DNA of 17,853 nt from Armatimonadota bacterium (GCA_016235455.1 JACRKZ010000115.1:1-17853), one strand, 5' to 3'; shown: positions 1 through 8,202, counted from the stretch's first letter. Notes: a model not told the origin generated them from the letters alone. Program-made: numbers and translations.

Positions 1-63
1 AGTCGGCCTGCGGCCGATGCCACGCCGGAGCGTGGCGGTCCGGCACTGGCGAAGCTGATCCTG

Positions 64-82
64 CGCCTGACGGCGGAACTAC
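64..82 (-). repeat. GTAG-headed REP-like palindromic element
   Basis: The minus strand reads GTAGTTCCGCCGTCAGGCG: a GTAG tetranucleotide followed by a short CGCC-GTCA-GGCG hairpin. It lies just 3' of the gene ending at 121. Two further small hairpins are at 3-17 and 19-36. Only one copy is visible in the window. Confidence 0.5.
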
Positions 83-120
83 AAACCCGGACCCCAGCGA
101 GCCAGCCAAGCCTTTCGCCT

Positions 121-3100
121 TCATCGTCCCGCCTCCTCAAACCGCAACGTCCCCCACAGCCGCGGGGTGAGCATGATCTCGCCGGGCACATCGTTGACCA
201 GCATCGTGGCCTGGTTGGACCAGTAGTTGCGCAGCCGGTTGATGGTGCCCTCCGTATCGCCATAGATGACGCCGAAGTCGGCCCGCACGCTGCGGCCCAC
301 GGGCACCGCGCCCAGCGCCGACCAGGGGATTGCCGCCTCCAGCCGGTAGCCGTCACCGGCCTTGAGCACGACCACTCGCGCCTCGCCGAGGCGCTTGACG
401 CTGTCCACCTTCTCCGCGCGCCAGGGGCTTTGGAAGACGACGCTCTCGGCCGCGACGGGCTTGGCCAGGCGATGCCGGTAGAGCACCGTCACCGTCTCCT
501 CGCCCATGGGCGCGATGAGCAACCTCAGGTCGCCAGGCACGGGGCCGGTGCGGTCGGCGGGCGCCTTGTCGTCCAGCCCGAGTTGCAGGTCGACGCTGTC
601 GCCGGTCTTGAACAGTGTCTGCCAGTCTTTGCCGCGGTTGACCCACGGTGAGTCGTCGCGCACCTGATAGTGCAGATAGAGGTTCTGGTCGTCGTAGCCG
701 GCGCGGACCGTGACCGGCACCTGGCCCGACTTGTCCCACTTGACCGCGCCCTCGGCCGGCCAGTCGCCGGCGTCACCGTCGATCTTGGGCGGCGCGGCCA
801 GGCGCGGGGCGAGCGCCACCTTGGGCGGCGCCGCGTCGGCCACGCGGCGCGCCAGATTGCGCTCGGCCGCGGCGGCCTGCGCGGCGGTGACGGTCAGTGT
901 GCCGCCATCGCGCTTGACCTGGCCCAGGCCGTCCACGCGGAACACGCGGTACTCGATGCCGCCGGCCTGGAGGTAGTAGGTGCCATCCTTCTCCGAGCGG
1001 CCAAAGCAGCCGCCGAAGCACTCGCCGCCGATCATGTAGGCGTCGCGCGGGCCACCGACACGCACATCGCTGAACATCTCGTCCAGGTACAGCCCATCGG
1101 TGGTCATGGCGAACAGCCGCCCGTGGTTGCCGTTCATGACCATCACGTCGCCCTGCGCATCGAGCGGGGCCACGCCGGTGAAGAACAGCACGCCCTGCAG
1201 TTCGCCGGTGCGCGGCAGGGGGGCGTTGTGGCTGCCGTGGACGTTGGTCCAGCGGTTCGGATAGCGCCATTTCAGCGTGCCGTCGGGCGCATAGGCGCGC
1301 ATCACCGGGTCGCTGTTGAGGATGGTCGTGCCGAAGCGGTCCACCGTACTCTCGACCATGTTGCCACCCGTGGGCAGGTCGATGGCCGGCGCGGCGGCGA
1401 TGGCTTCGTTCAGGTCGGGGTACTTCGGCGCGCCACCGGGCCAGAAGCCCGACGGCTTGAGCGTCACCAGCCGGCACCCGCCGCCGACCGTGGCGGCCAC
1501 GCGCAGCGTCAGGTCGGCCAGATCATGGCCCCAGCCCGAGCCGGCCAGGTTGGCCGCGCTCGTGGCGAACTGGATCTCGTCGGCTTGCATCTCGCCGTCG
1601 CCGCTGCGGTCCACCCAGATCATGCCGAAGCCATGCTGCGGCCGGCCCTCGGTGCCGACCACGTACTTCTCGTTGGGGTAAGCCTTGGCAAACGCCTCGA
1701 CGAACGCGGCCGGCGGGTTCCAGTCGCGGCTGTAGCTGAACTGATGGGCCGAGGTCAGGCAGGCCAGCGGCTTGAGTGAGCCGTCGGCGCGCAACTCCTC
1801 GATGTACGTCGCCTTGCCATACGCGATGACGAAGGTACGGCCGTCTTGGCGCCAGTAGCGATAGTGCATGCCCGGCTGCCCACCGGTCAGCGCGGCCGGC
1901 ACCGCCTTCTTGGCCGCGAAGTCCAGCCGAAACAGGCTGCCCTGGCCGAACCAGCGGGTCGCGTCGGCGGGGTCGAAGCCGGCGCCGGGCGCGCCATAGG
2001 CGGTCGGGCCGTACAACTCGGCCTTGACCGCGCCGCTGGCCGGATCGTAGGCCGCCAGCCGCTTGGGGGTCCAGCGACCCGGCTCGGTGACCCACAGCCA
2101 GCCGTTAGGGCCGAGCACCAGCCCCGCGGGATGGATCATGCGCTGTGGGTCGTAGGCGCCGGTGTAGGGTCCGCCAGGCTTGCCCACGGTGCCGGCCGGC
2201 TGGCCCGTGGCGGACAGAAAGCGCACGGTCTGGCTGGCGCCGTCGCTGAGCAGGATGCGGCCGGCGGGGTCGACGGCCAGGCCGGTGATGCGCAGGTCGC
2301 CGGCGGGCAGGATGGGCGTCGCCTTGCCGCTGGCGGGGTCGACCCTGACCAGCGCGCCGGCCGACACGGCCAGCAACGCGTCGCCCGCGGCGGCCAGCGC
2401 GCCGGGCTCACGCAGCGGCAGCGCGCCGGTCTTGAGGCCCGTGGCGGGATCGACCACCAGCACCGTGTCGGTCGAGCCGTCGGCCACGTAGAGCCGGCCG
2501 CCGAGCAGCGCCACGCCGCCGAGTACAGGTCGGTCGGCCCGCTTGTCGGGCGAGCCGGGGCCGGTCTCGTACTTGCTCAGGATGCTCAGCCTCACGCCCT
2601 TGTCGTAGTCGGCGGTCTGGCCCGTGGCCAGGTCGAAGCGCACCAGGCCGATCTGGTAGGTCGCCGACCAGCCGGGCTTGGAGCGGTCCACACGCTGGCC
2701 CCAGTACATGCCGTCGTAGACCGCGTAGACGTACCTGGCGTCGACCGCGACGCCCAGGCGCTCCAGGCCGTGGCCGTTGGGCGCGTTGAAGCCCATGCGC
2801 AGCCGGCCGTCGGGCTCCAGCGCGACGATCTCGTAGCCGCCTTCGCTCACGCCGGTGCCGAACACGACCACCTGGCCGTTGGTGGCGGCGGATTCGAGCG
2901 TGCCGTGGTTGGAGCCGGGGCCGTCGCAGAAGCTGAACAGGTGCGTCGGGCGCAGGCCGGGATGGTAGGCGGAGCGCCAGCGGTAGGCGCCGGGCGGCAC
3001 GGGCCGGCCGTCGTCGTCGAGGCCGTCCCAGGCCGCGCTCTGCGCGCCCTTGGCGGTGGTCTCGCCGCTGACCAGATTGCGCACGCGGCGACCCGCGGAG

Positions 3101-3669
3101 TCTTCGATGACCAGCGTGGCCTTGCCGTCAAAGGGCTGCGTGAAGCGCACGGCCAGCGCTTGGCGACGGTCGGCGGCCAGCCGCTCATACTCGACCAGGC
3201 TCAACGGCGCCCACAGCGCAGGCTCGTCGGGCAGCGGCGCATGGGGCGCGCGGCCGTCGAGGCAGCGGAACCGTTCGCGCTGCACCTCGGCCCCGCCGGT
3301 GCCGAGCCAACGCACGGCCAGCGCCAGGCGCAATTGGCCCCAGTCAGCAGGCGCGCCGACCAACTGCCCCGCGGGCACGGCGAAGGCGAACCGTCGGCCT
3401 TCGGCGGTGGCGGCACTGCGCGCGCCATCGGAGGTCAGCCGCACGGGCTTGGCGGCGGCCAGGGCCAGATCGACCGCGCAGTCACGCAGCGTGGACGACC
3501 AGGCGCCGACCTCGACGAACACCTGCAGCCGGTCGTCGGTGCGGTTGAGCGCGAAGGCCACGCGCGGCGAGCTAGGGCCCGAGACCGCCACGAAGTCGGC
3601 GGGATCAAGCTGCGCCCAGGCCGAAGTGGTCAGTAGCGCCGCGAGCAGGAAGAGCGTTTTACGTGCCAT
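121..3669 (-). CDS. Secreted multidomain protein: FlgD-type Ig domain, beta-propeller (NHL/SGL-like) region and C-terminal CBM9/DOMON-like sugar-binding domain (1182 aa)
   Basis: Start reassigned to the ATG at 3669, which gives the signal peptide MARKTLFLLAALLTTSAWA-Q. FlgD_Ig-like signature IEDSAGRRVRNL...WDGLDDDGRPVPPGAY. Propeller-type repeats (GRLYVADG, GLAVDPAGRILLSDG). Possible Ca-binding loop DRSGDGEMQADE. CBM9-like PKIDGDAGDW...YDDQNLYLHYQVRD...GDSVDLQL...YRLEAAIPWSAL. Confidence 0.85.
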   Translation of the reverse strand: MARKTLFLLAALLTTSAWAQLDPADFVAVSGPSSPRVAFALNRTDDRLQVFVEVGAWSSTLRDCAVDLALAAAKPVRLTSDGARSAATAEGRRFAFAVPAGQLVGAPADWGQLRLALAVRWLGTGGAEVQRERFRCLDGRAPHAPLPDEPALWAPLSLVEYERLAADRRQALAVRFTQPFDGKATLVIEDSAGRRVRNLVSGETTAKGAQSAAWDGLDDDGRPVPPGAYRWRSAYHPGLRPTHLFSFCDGPGSNHGTLESAATNGQVVVFGTGVSEGGYEIVALEPDGRLRMGFNAPNGHGLERLGVAVDARYVYAVYDGMYWGQRVDRSKPGWSATYQIGLVRFDLATGQTADYDKGVRLSILSKYETGPGSPDKRADRPVLGGVALLGGRLYVADGSTDTVLVVDPATGLKTGALPLREPGALAAAGDALLAVSAGALVRVDPASGKATPILPAGDLRITGLAVDPAGRILLSDGASQTVRFLSATGQPAGTVGKPGGPYTGAYDPQRMIHPAGLVLGPNGWLWVTEPGRWTPKRLAAYDPASGAVKAELYGPTAYGAPGAGFDPADATRWFGQGSLFRLDFAAKKAVPAALTGGQPGMHYRYWRQDGRTFVIAYGKATYIEELRADGSLKPLACLTSAHQFSYSRDWNPPAAFVEAFAKAYPNEKYVVGTEGRPQHGFGMIWVDRSGDGEMQADEIQFATSAANLAGSGWGHDLADLTLRVAATVGGGCRLVTLKPSGFWPGGAPKYPDLNEAIAAAPAIDLPTGGNMVESTVDRFGTTILNSDPVMRAYAPDGTLKWRYPNRWTNVHGSHNAPLPRTGELQGVLFFTGVAPLDAQGDVMVMNGNHGRLFAMTTDGLYLDEMFSDVRVGGPRDAYMIGGECFGGCFGRSEKDGTYYLQAGGIEYRVFRVDGLGQVKRDGGTLTVTAAQAAAAERNLARRVADAAPPKVALAPRLAAPPKIDGDAGDWPAEGAVKWDKSGQVPVTVRAGYDDQNLYLHYQVRDDSPWVNRGKDWQTLFKTGDSVDLQLGLDDKAPADRTGPVPGDLRLLIAPMGEETVTVLYRHRLAKPVAAESVVFQSPWRAEKVDSVKRLGEARVVVLKAGDGYRLEAAIPWSALGAVPVGRSVRADFGVIYGDTEGTINRLRNYWSNQATMLVNDVPGEIMLTPRLWGTLRFEEAGR

Positions 3670-3712
3670 GCCAGTTGGCTTCGACACGCTCGGCGCCGGG
3701 CCTTCCTGTTGA

Positions 3713-3778
3713 TCGACCACAGAGGACACAGAGAGCACAGAGAGCCCGGATCGGACGGGACTCTGTGTCCTCTGTGGT
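3713..3778. repeat. Left end: three 9-mer NNCACAGAG units, 18-nt spacer, two inverted units (hairpin-forming)
   Basis: ACCACAGAG GACACAGAG AGCACAGAG (3716-3742), spacer 3743-3760, CTCTGTGTC CTCTGTGGT (3761-3778). 3716-3733 and 3761-3778 are perfect 18-bp reverse complements. Confidence 0.95.
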
Positions 3779-3787
3779 TGGCAATGG

Positions 3788-4180
3788 CTAGAGGACCCGG
3801 CGCTTGATGCCCTCGCGGAGGCGCACCACATTGAAGTTCATGAGCAGACCCAGCCTCAAGCCCGACAGCTTGAGGTAGGAGAGCAACTGCGCTTCATGCA
3901 CCGGCCGGAGTGCCTCGACCGCCTTCAGTTCGATGATCACCTTGTCCTCGACAACCAAGTCCAGCCGGTACCCACAATCGAGCGCCACGCCCTTGTACAC
4001 CACCGGTAGCGACACTTCCTTGGCGACTTGCAGGCCATGCATAGCCAGCTCGTGGAAGAGACATTCCTTGTAAGCCGACTCGAGAAGCCCGGGTCCAAGA
4101 GCGCTATGCACCTCAAACGCACAGCCGATGATCTCGCCACTCAACTCCGGCCATAGATCATCCACGACACCCATCCCCAC
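3788..4180 (-). CDS. GxxExxY protein (PD-(D/E)XK nuclease-like fold, about 130 aa)
   Basis: Signature GPGLLESAY (GxxExxY), catalytic-type RLDLVVEDKVIIELK (D...ExK), QLLSY (QxxxY) and GLLMNF. The start could be GTG at 4180 or ATG at 4174. Confidence 0.95.
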   Translation of the reverse strand: MGMGVVDDLWPELSGEIIGCAFEVHSALGPGLLESAYKECLFHELAMHGLQVAKEVSLPVVYKGVALDCGYRLDLVVEDKVIIELKAVEALRPVHEAQLLSYLKLSGLRLGLLMNFNVVRLREGIKRRVL

Positions 4181-4189
4181 ACAGGAATT

Positions 4190-4217
4190 ATCATACCACA
4201 GAGGACACAGAGATCAA
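4190..4217 (-). promoter_or_regulatory. Predicted sigma70-type promoter of the GxxExxY gene
   Basis: Minus strand: TTGATC (4217-4212), 16 nt, then TATGAT (4195-4190) preceded by an extended -10 TGn. It lies about 10 nt upstream of the GTG at 4180. Confidence 0.6.
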
Positions 4218-4260
4218 TATGATGTAGGCCCTCTGTGCTCTCTGTGTCCTCTGTGGTCGA
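4195..4260. repeat. Right end: two 9-mer units, 18-nt spacer, three inverted units (hairpin-forming)
   Basis: ACCACAGAG GACACAGAG (4195-4212), spacer 4213-4230, CTCTGTGCT CTCTGTGTC CTCTGTGGT (4231-4257) then CGA. This is the mirror image of the left end. Confidence 0.95.
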
Positions 4261-4268
4261 AACACTAC

Positions 4269-5420
4269 TCAGGCGGGCACCAGCCTTTCTAGCTGGCCGA
4301 ACATGATGCGTTCCTTGCGGCTAGGGTCGCTGTCGCCGTGGGTCACGGTGAGCCAGACGACACCGTCGTAGGCATGGAACGTGGGGTACTGGAACGACTT
4401 GGTCGTTTCGAAGCGGTACTTGCGCTCCCAGTGGCGGGCATCGCGCGAGACATCGATGTTGAACACGCTGCGGCCGACACCGCCGACCATCGCCGAATCC
4501 TGCCAGCCCAGGTGATAGACGCCGTCGAAGCACTCGAGGGTCGGCTTGGAACTGCTGCCCGACGGCACCGACGCCCAGGGCTCGCCAGCCGTCCAGTTCC
4601 GGCCGTCGGCGCTGGTGGTGAACCGGTAGTTGCGGTCCCCACCCTCCTGGCGACAGACAGCCAGCCAGGTGCCGTCGGGCAGCCGGTTCACCGCCGATTC
4701 GGTCAGATGCAGGTTGGCGGGCTGGTTGTAGTGGCCGACCAACTCGAACGTGTCGTGCGCGTCGTTGAGCCGCGCCAGCGCGTTCTGCGCGCCGGGGTAG
4801 TTGTTCAGCGCCACGTAGGTCTGCCCCTCGAACTGCCGGAACGAGTCGAAGATGTACAGCCCGAAGTCCACCGCCGGCCAGCCGAACCCGCCGGGCGATG
4901 CCACCGCGTCGGCGTGGAACCAGCACGGCTCCATGGGCCTGATGCCGGCGGCGGTCCTGAGCCGGACCGGATGGATGGTGTCGTCGAAGGCCATGCGCTG
5001 GGTGTCGAAGTCGCGGTACCAGGTCTGGGACTGGCGCACGCCGGGCTGCTCGCTGGCGAAGTAGCAGCGCAGCCGGCGGTCGTCGAGCGCGAGGACGCGC
5101 GGCACGAAGCAGGCGCCCGGCGGCAGCGTGGCGTTGTCGAAGAGCTGCTCGCCATGGGCGAACGGCAGCGTCAACTCGACGCGCAGCGTGGCCAGGTCGA
5201 CGACGGTCAGCACGCAGTAGACAAACGGCCAGGCCGCGGCCTCGCCGGCGCGCTGGTCGTTGGCCTCGGCGACGATGTAGGCTCGGCCGCCGGCCACGCA
5301 GAACTCGGCATCATGGGCGCCGCGCACCTGCGGCGCGGACACATTGATCAGGCCGGCGAGCACGCGGTCGGCCGCGGCGCGCGGGTCCCAGTCGGGTGGC
5401 AGGATTCTGCTATCGGCCAT
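4269..5420 (-). CDS. BNR/Asp-box beta-propeller protein, sialidase-like (383 aa)
   Basis: Asp-box-like motifs TTSADGRNW and VSRDARHW, plus LTESAVNRLPDGTWLAVCR and FQYPT...VWLTVT typical of sialidase-type propellers. Strong RBS GAAGGAGG. Overlaps the upstream gene by 11 nt. No signal peptide is evident. Confidence 0.75.
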   Translation of the reverse strand: MADSRILPPDWDPRAAADRVLAGLINVSAPQVRGAHDAEFCVAGGRAYIVAEANDQRAGEAAAWPFVYCVLTVVDLATLRVELTLPFAHGEQLFDNATLPPGACFVPRVLALDDRRLRCYFASEQPGVRQSQTWYRDFDTQRMAFDDTIHPVRLRTAAGIRPMEPCWFHADAVASPGGFGWPAVDFGLYIFDSFRQFEGQTYVALNNYPGAQNALARLNDAHDTFELVGHYNQPANLHLTESAVNRLPDGTWLAVCRQEGGDRNYRFTTSADGRNWTAGEPWASVPSGSSSKPTLECFDGVYHLGWQDSAMVGGVGRSVFNIDVSRDARHWERKYRFETTKSFQYPTFHAYDGVVWLTVTHGDSDPSRKERIMFGQLERLVPA

Positions 5421-8073
5421 TGCCGGCCCCCTCCTTCGGCGCCTCGGTGGGCGCGTTGATCAGCAACTCGTCGACGAACAGCCAGGCCGGCGCACCGGGC
5501 GCGATGCCCTGCCAGGCGGGGATCCGGCCCAGATTGGTCGCCTCCACCCGCACGTAGCGCGCTGTGCCGGTCAACTCCGCCCTGAGCCACACCACCTCGG
5601 GCCTGGCACCGGCGGCCGGTTCCGGCACATCAAGGCTCGCGCCGGCCCGGAACACGCGGCCATCGTCGGACAGCAGGAACCGCACCCGCCGCGGCGGGAA
5701 GACGCCGGTACGTGGGTGCAGCAGGCACCGCAGCGCGGCCGAGCGCACCGGCGTGGGCTGGCCCAGGTCCACGGTCGCGGCCAAGTCGGCGCCCTGGTAG
5801 CCAAGCCACTCGGGGCTGGCTGGGTCGGGCTCACCGATCAACCCATCGGTCAGCGAGCCGGGCCCTGCGGCGCTGTATTGGGTTGCGGGCGGCGAATCCA
5901 GTGTCACACCGGCACCGCGTGCCGCGTGGGTCAGGCGGACCGGCTCAGCGAAACAGGCGTCGGGCATCATGGCCCGGCGCTCGGCGTCGAACTCGCGAGC
6001 GATGGTCGAGGCGGCCGTCAGATCCCACAGCGAGGTGCGCAACTGGCGTAGCGCCAGAACGCCGGTGATCCAGCCCTGGGTCCAGCCGGTCTCGGTTGAC
6101 CAAACCCCCCAGCCGATGTCGCCGTTGGAGCCCCAGTAGTCCCACTTGGCGTAGTCGAACCCGCGGAACCAGGCGCCATCGAGCTCTCGCCGGCGCTCGC
6201 TGCGCGCCTGGATGCGCACGAGGAAGTCCGCCAGCCGGTCCTCGGCGACTCGCGCGGCCGCATCACCGGTGGCGGCCACCGCCTCATGCAGGCCGAGCAG
6301 CGCGAAGTTCGTGGTGTAGAGCAGGTCGGTGCACGGGTCGCCCGTGGCATGGATGAGCGCACACTCGCCGGTGCCGTACTGCTCGTTGGCCGTGGCCGAG
6401 GCCGTCACCCGGCCGCGGATGGCGCCACTGGCATCCTGCGCGGCCAGCACGTAGGCCAGCGTCTGGTCGAGCCAACGTCGGTGCTCGGGCGTGTTGTCGA
6501 TACGCACCAGCCAGGCCAGCGGTAGTAGCATCCGCACCCGCTCGGCCTCGTGGCGGTTGGACTCGCAGTCCCACTGCTCAGGCGGCAGGTTCATCAGGTG
6601 GCCGATGCCGCGCACCGTGCGCTCGCGGAGCGGCTCGAAGCGGGCTTTGTCGTACAGCCACAAGTTGACCGCCCACAGGTAGGCCTGGTAATGCGGGCTG
6701 TGGCGCATGTTGCCCCAAGCGCCGCTGGACCGGTCCCAGAACCAGCGCCAGCCCCGGGCCACCAGTTCATGCTCCTCGATGCGGGCCTGCCGGTAGCCAC
6801 TGGGGCCGGTGGTGCGGAAGTTGGCCAGCATAGCGCGTAGCAGCCGCTGGTTCCAGCGCTCGTCGCCCAGCGCCGCGGCGGCGCCCAGTTGGCCCAGGAT
6901 GGCGCGGGCGTTGTCGTCGCCGTAGTAGACCACCGCGCCCATGGGCCGGTCGTCCCAGCCCAGAAGACCGTAGCTGGAGCTGTCGGCCGCGGCGCGTGGC
7001 CCCTGCGAGATGGTCGATCGCTCGTCGACGAAGTCGAGCAGGCGGCGCGCCACCGCGCTCGACGGCGCATGGCCATCGAGCCGGCCCCGCAGCGCCAGGG
7101 CCATGGCCGCTTCACTGCAGCAGTCGGCCCGCGCATACCAGCGCACGGGCTGCGTGCCGTCGGCCGCAATCGCGGAGCTAAAGGCTTCGAGGATGCCCTC
7201 GGAGCCGTCGCCCACGGGCTGGGCGGCGGGCGGCATCGGCTCCAACCGCTCGACGTCTTGCGGCAGCGCGCCCATCTTGGCGCGCCCCGCGGCGTTGAGC
7301 AGCAGGCGCGCCTGGGTGTACCAGTCCGTGCCGCGACGGATGGCGACCGCGGCGGCGTCCTCCGGCAGGGCAGCGTCGCGTGGGTAGGACGGCCGCACCA
7401 GCGGCTCAGAGCGCAGGTCAACCTGCCCGGCGCCCAGCCAGCCCAGGATCATCTGCCAGATGGGCGGCCAGGCGGCGACCGGCGCGTAGCGGCCGGTGAC
7501 GAAGCTGCTGAGCCGGGTCGTGGCGACCAGCAGGCCATGGTGCTCGAACAGCAGCGGATGGCTCTGGGCGGGCAGACCAAACACCGCTGTGTCGTAGCCG
7601 GCCACGCGCGCTAGCACGAGATGTGCGCTGACCACTTGGGCGGGCAGGTAATGGCAGTCCTGCACCATGGCGATACGCTGCCGCGGCAGGGCCGCGCCGA
7701 AGGCATCGCTGGCCACCACCGCGCGGCTCCACGACGCGTTGGCCGGCGGGCCGAGCGGCAGGTCCGGCAGCCAGGCCGGATACTCCACATACACCCGCAG
7801 CCGCCGGCTGGCCGCCAACCGGGCCAGCTCGGCATCGAACGGCGTGGTGCGGGCCGGATAGCCGTCGGCCAACAGCAGCACGCCGGCGCCCTCGGCCGCC
7901 TGAGCCAGCGCCTCGGCCGGCGTGTCGTAGCGCATTGCGCCCACACCCGACCGCTGCAAGGCCAGGTACAGGTCGTTGTCGGCGCGACAGGCCAGCACCA
8001 GGCTGGGCCCGGCCGCCGCCACCGAGCCGAGCCCTCCCAGACACAGACACGAGAGCCAGACGCGAGCCGTCAC
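5410..8073 (-). CDS. Secreted uncharacterised protein, probable (alpha/alpha)-barrel glycosidase-like core with C-terminal F5/8 type C (discoidin) domain (about 887 aa)
   Basis: Start reassigned to the GTG at 8073: RBS AGGTG and a hydrophobic signal (VWLSCLCLGGLGSVAAA). The core has helical repeats with YYGDDNARA and DLLYTTNFALLGLHEA. The C-terminus LTDG...WLGY...TVDLG...ARYVRVEATN...WLFVDELLIN is a typical F5/8 domain. Confidence 0.8.
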   Translation of the reverse strand: MTARVWLSCLCLGGLGSVAAAGPSLVLACRADNDLYLALQRSGVGAMRYDTPAEALAQAAEGAGVLLLADGYPARTTPFDAELARLAASRRLRVYVEYPAWLPDLPLGPPANASWSRAVVASDAFGAALPRQRIAMVQDCHYLPAQVVSAHLVLARVAGYDTAVFGLPAQSHPLLFEHHGLLVATTRLSSFVTGRYAPVAAWPPIWQMILGWLGAGQVDLRSEPLVRPSYPRDAALPEDAAAVAIRRGTDWYTQARLLLNAAGRAKMGALPQDVERLEPMPPAAQPVGDGSEGILEAFSSAIAADGTQPVRWYARADCCSEAAMALALRGRLDGHAPSSAVARRLLDFVDERSTISQGPRAAADSSSYGLLGWDDRPMGAVVYYGDDNARAILGQLGAAAALGDERWNQRLLRAMLANFRTTGPSGYRQARIEEHELVARGWRWFWDRSSGAWGNMRHSPHYQAYLWAVNLWLYDKARFEPLRERTVRGIGHLMNLPPEQWDCESNRHEAERVRMLLPLAWLVRIDNTPEHRRWLDQTLAYVLAAQDASGAIRGRVTASATANEQYGTGECALIHATGDPCTDLLYTTNFALLGLHEAVAATGDAAARVAEDRLADFLVRIQARSERRRELDGAWFRGFDYAKWDYWGSNGDIGWGVWSTETGWTQGWITGVLALRQLRTSLWDLTAASTIAREFDAERRAMMPDACFAEPVRLTHAARGAGVTLDSPPATQYSAAGPGSLTDGLIGEPDPASPEWLGYQGADLAATVDLGQPTPVRSAALRCLLHPRTGVFPPRRVRFLLSDDGRVFRAGASLDVPEPAAGARPEVVWLRAELTGTARYVRVEATNLGRIPAWQGIAPGAPAWLFVDELLINAPTEAPKEGAGNGR

Positions 8074-8117
8074 CAGTGCACCTGCCGTTTCGCTCCGCCG
8101 CGCGCCGCGCGGGCACC

Positions 8118-8146
8118 TTGCCGCGCCGCGCGGGCCTCGGTATACT
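8118..8146 (+). promoter_or_regulatory. Predicted sigma70 promoter of the rhuM-like gene
   Basis: TTGCCG (8118-8123), 17 nt, TATACT (8141-8146), in the divergent intergenic region 56 nt upstream of the ATG at 8203. Confidence 0.7.
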
Positions 8147-8202
8147 CGCAGCATAGCGGGGTCCGAGCAGGCCTGCAAGCGCCCTGCGGACGGGGGACCG
8201 CC

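Larger units (their letters stand above)
3713..4260. mobile_element. Putative minimal mobile cassette: GxxExxY gene bounded by mirror-image repeat ends
   Basis: Perfect 30-bp terminal inverted repeat TCGACCACAGAGGACACAGAGAGCACAGAG at 3713-3742 and its reverse complement at 4231-4260. The interior has lower GC (33/60 at 4021-4080) than the flanking genes. It sits between two co-directional catabolic genes. No target-site duplication is seen, and mobility is inferred. Confidence 0.6.

Noticed and set aside
3670-3831. 54-aa N-terminal extension of the 1236-aa ORF (…LSVLSVSSVV…)
   Set aside because: It is a translation of the 9-mer repeats and overlaps the GxxExxY gene. The signal peptide begins at the ATG at 3669.
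3716-4257. CACAGAG repeats as a CRISPR array or a classical IS
   Set aside because: The repeats alternate in orientation, there are no regular unique spacers and no cas genes, and there is no DDE transposase or visible target-site duplication.
7621-8202. Upstream 194 codons of the 349-aa plus-strand ORF
   Set aside because: This is the antisense shadow of the 5410-8073 gene. RhuM similarity begins at the ATG at 8203.
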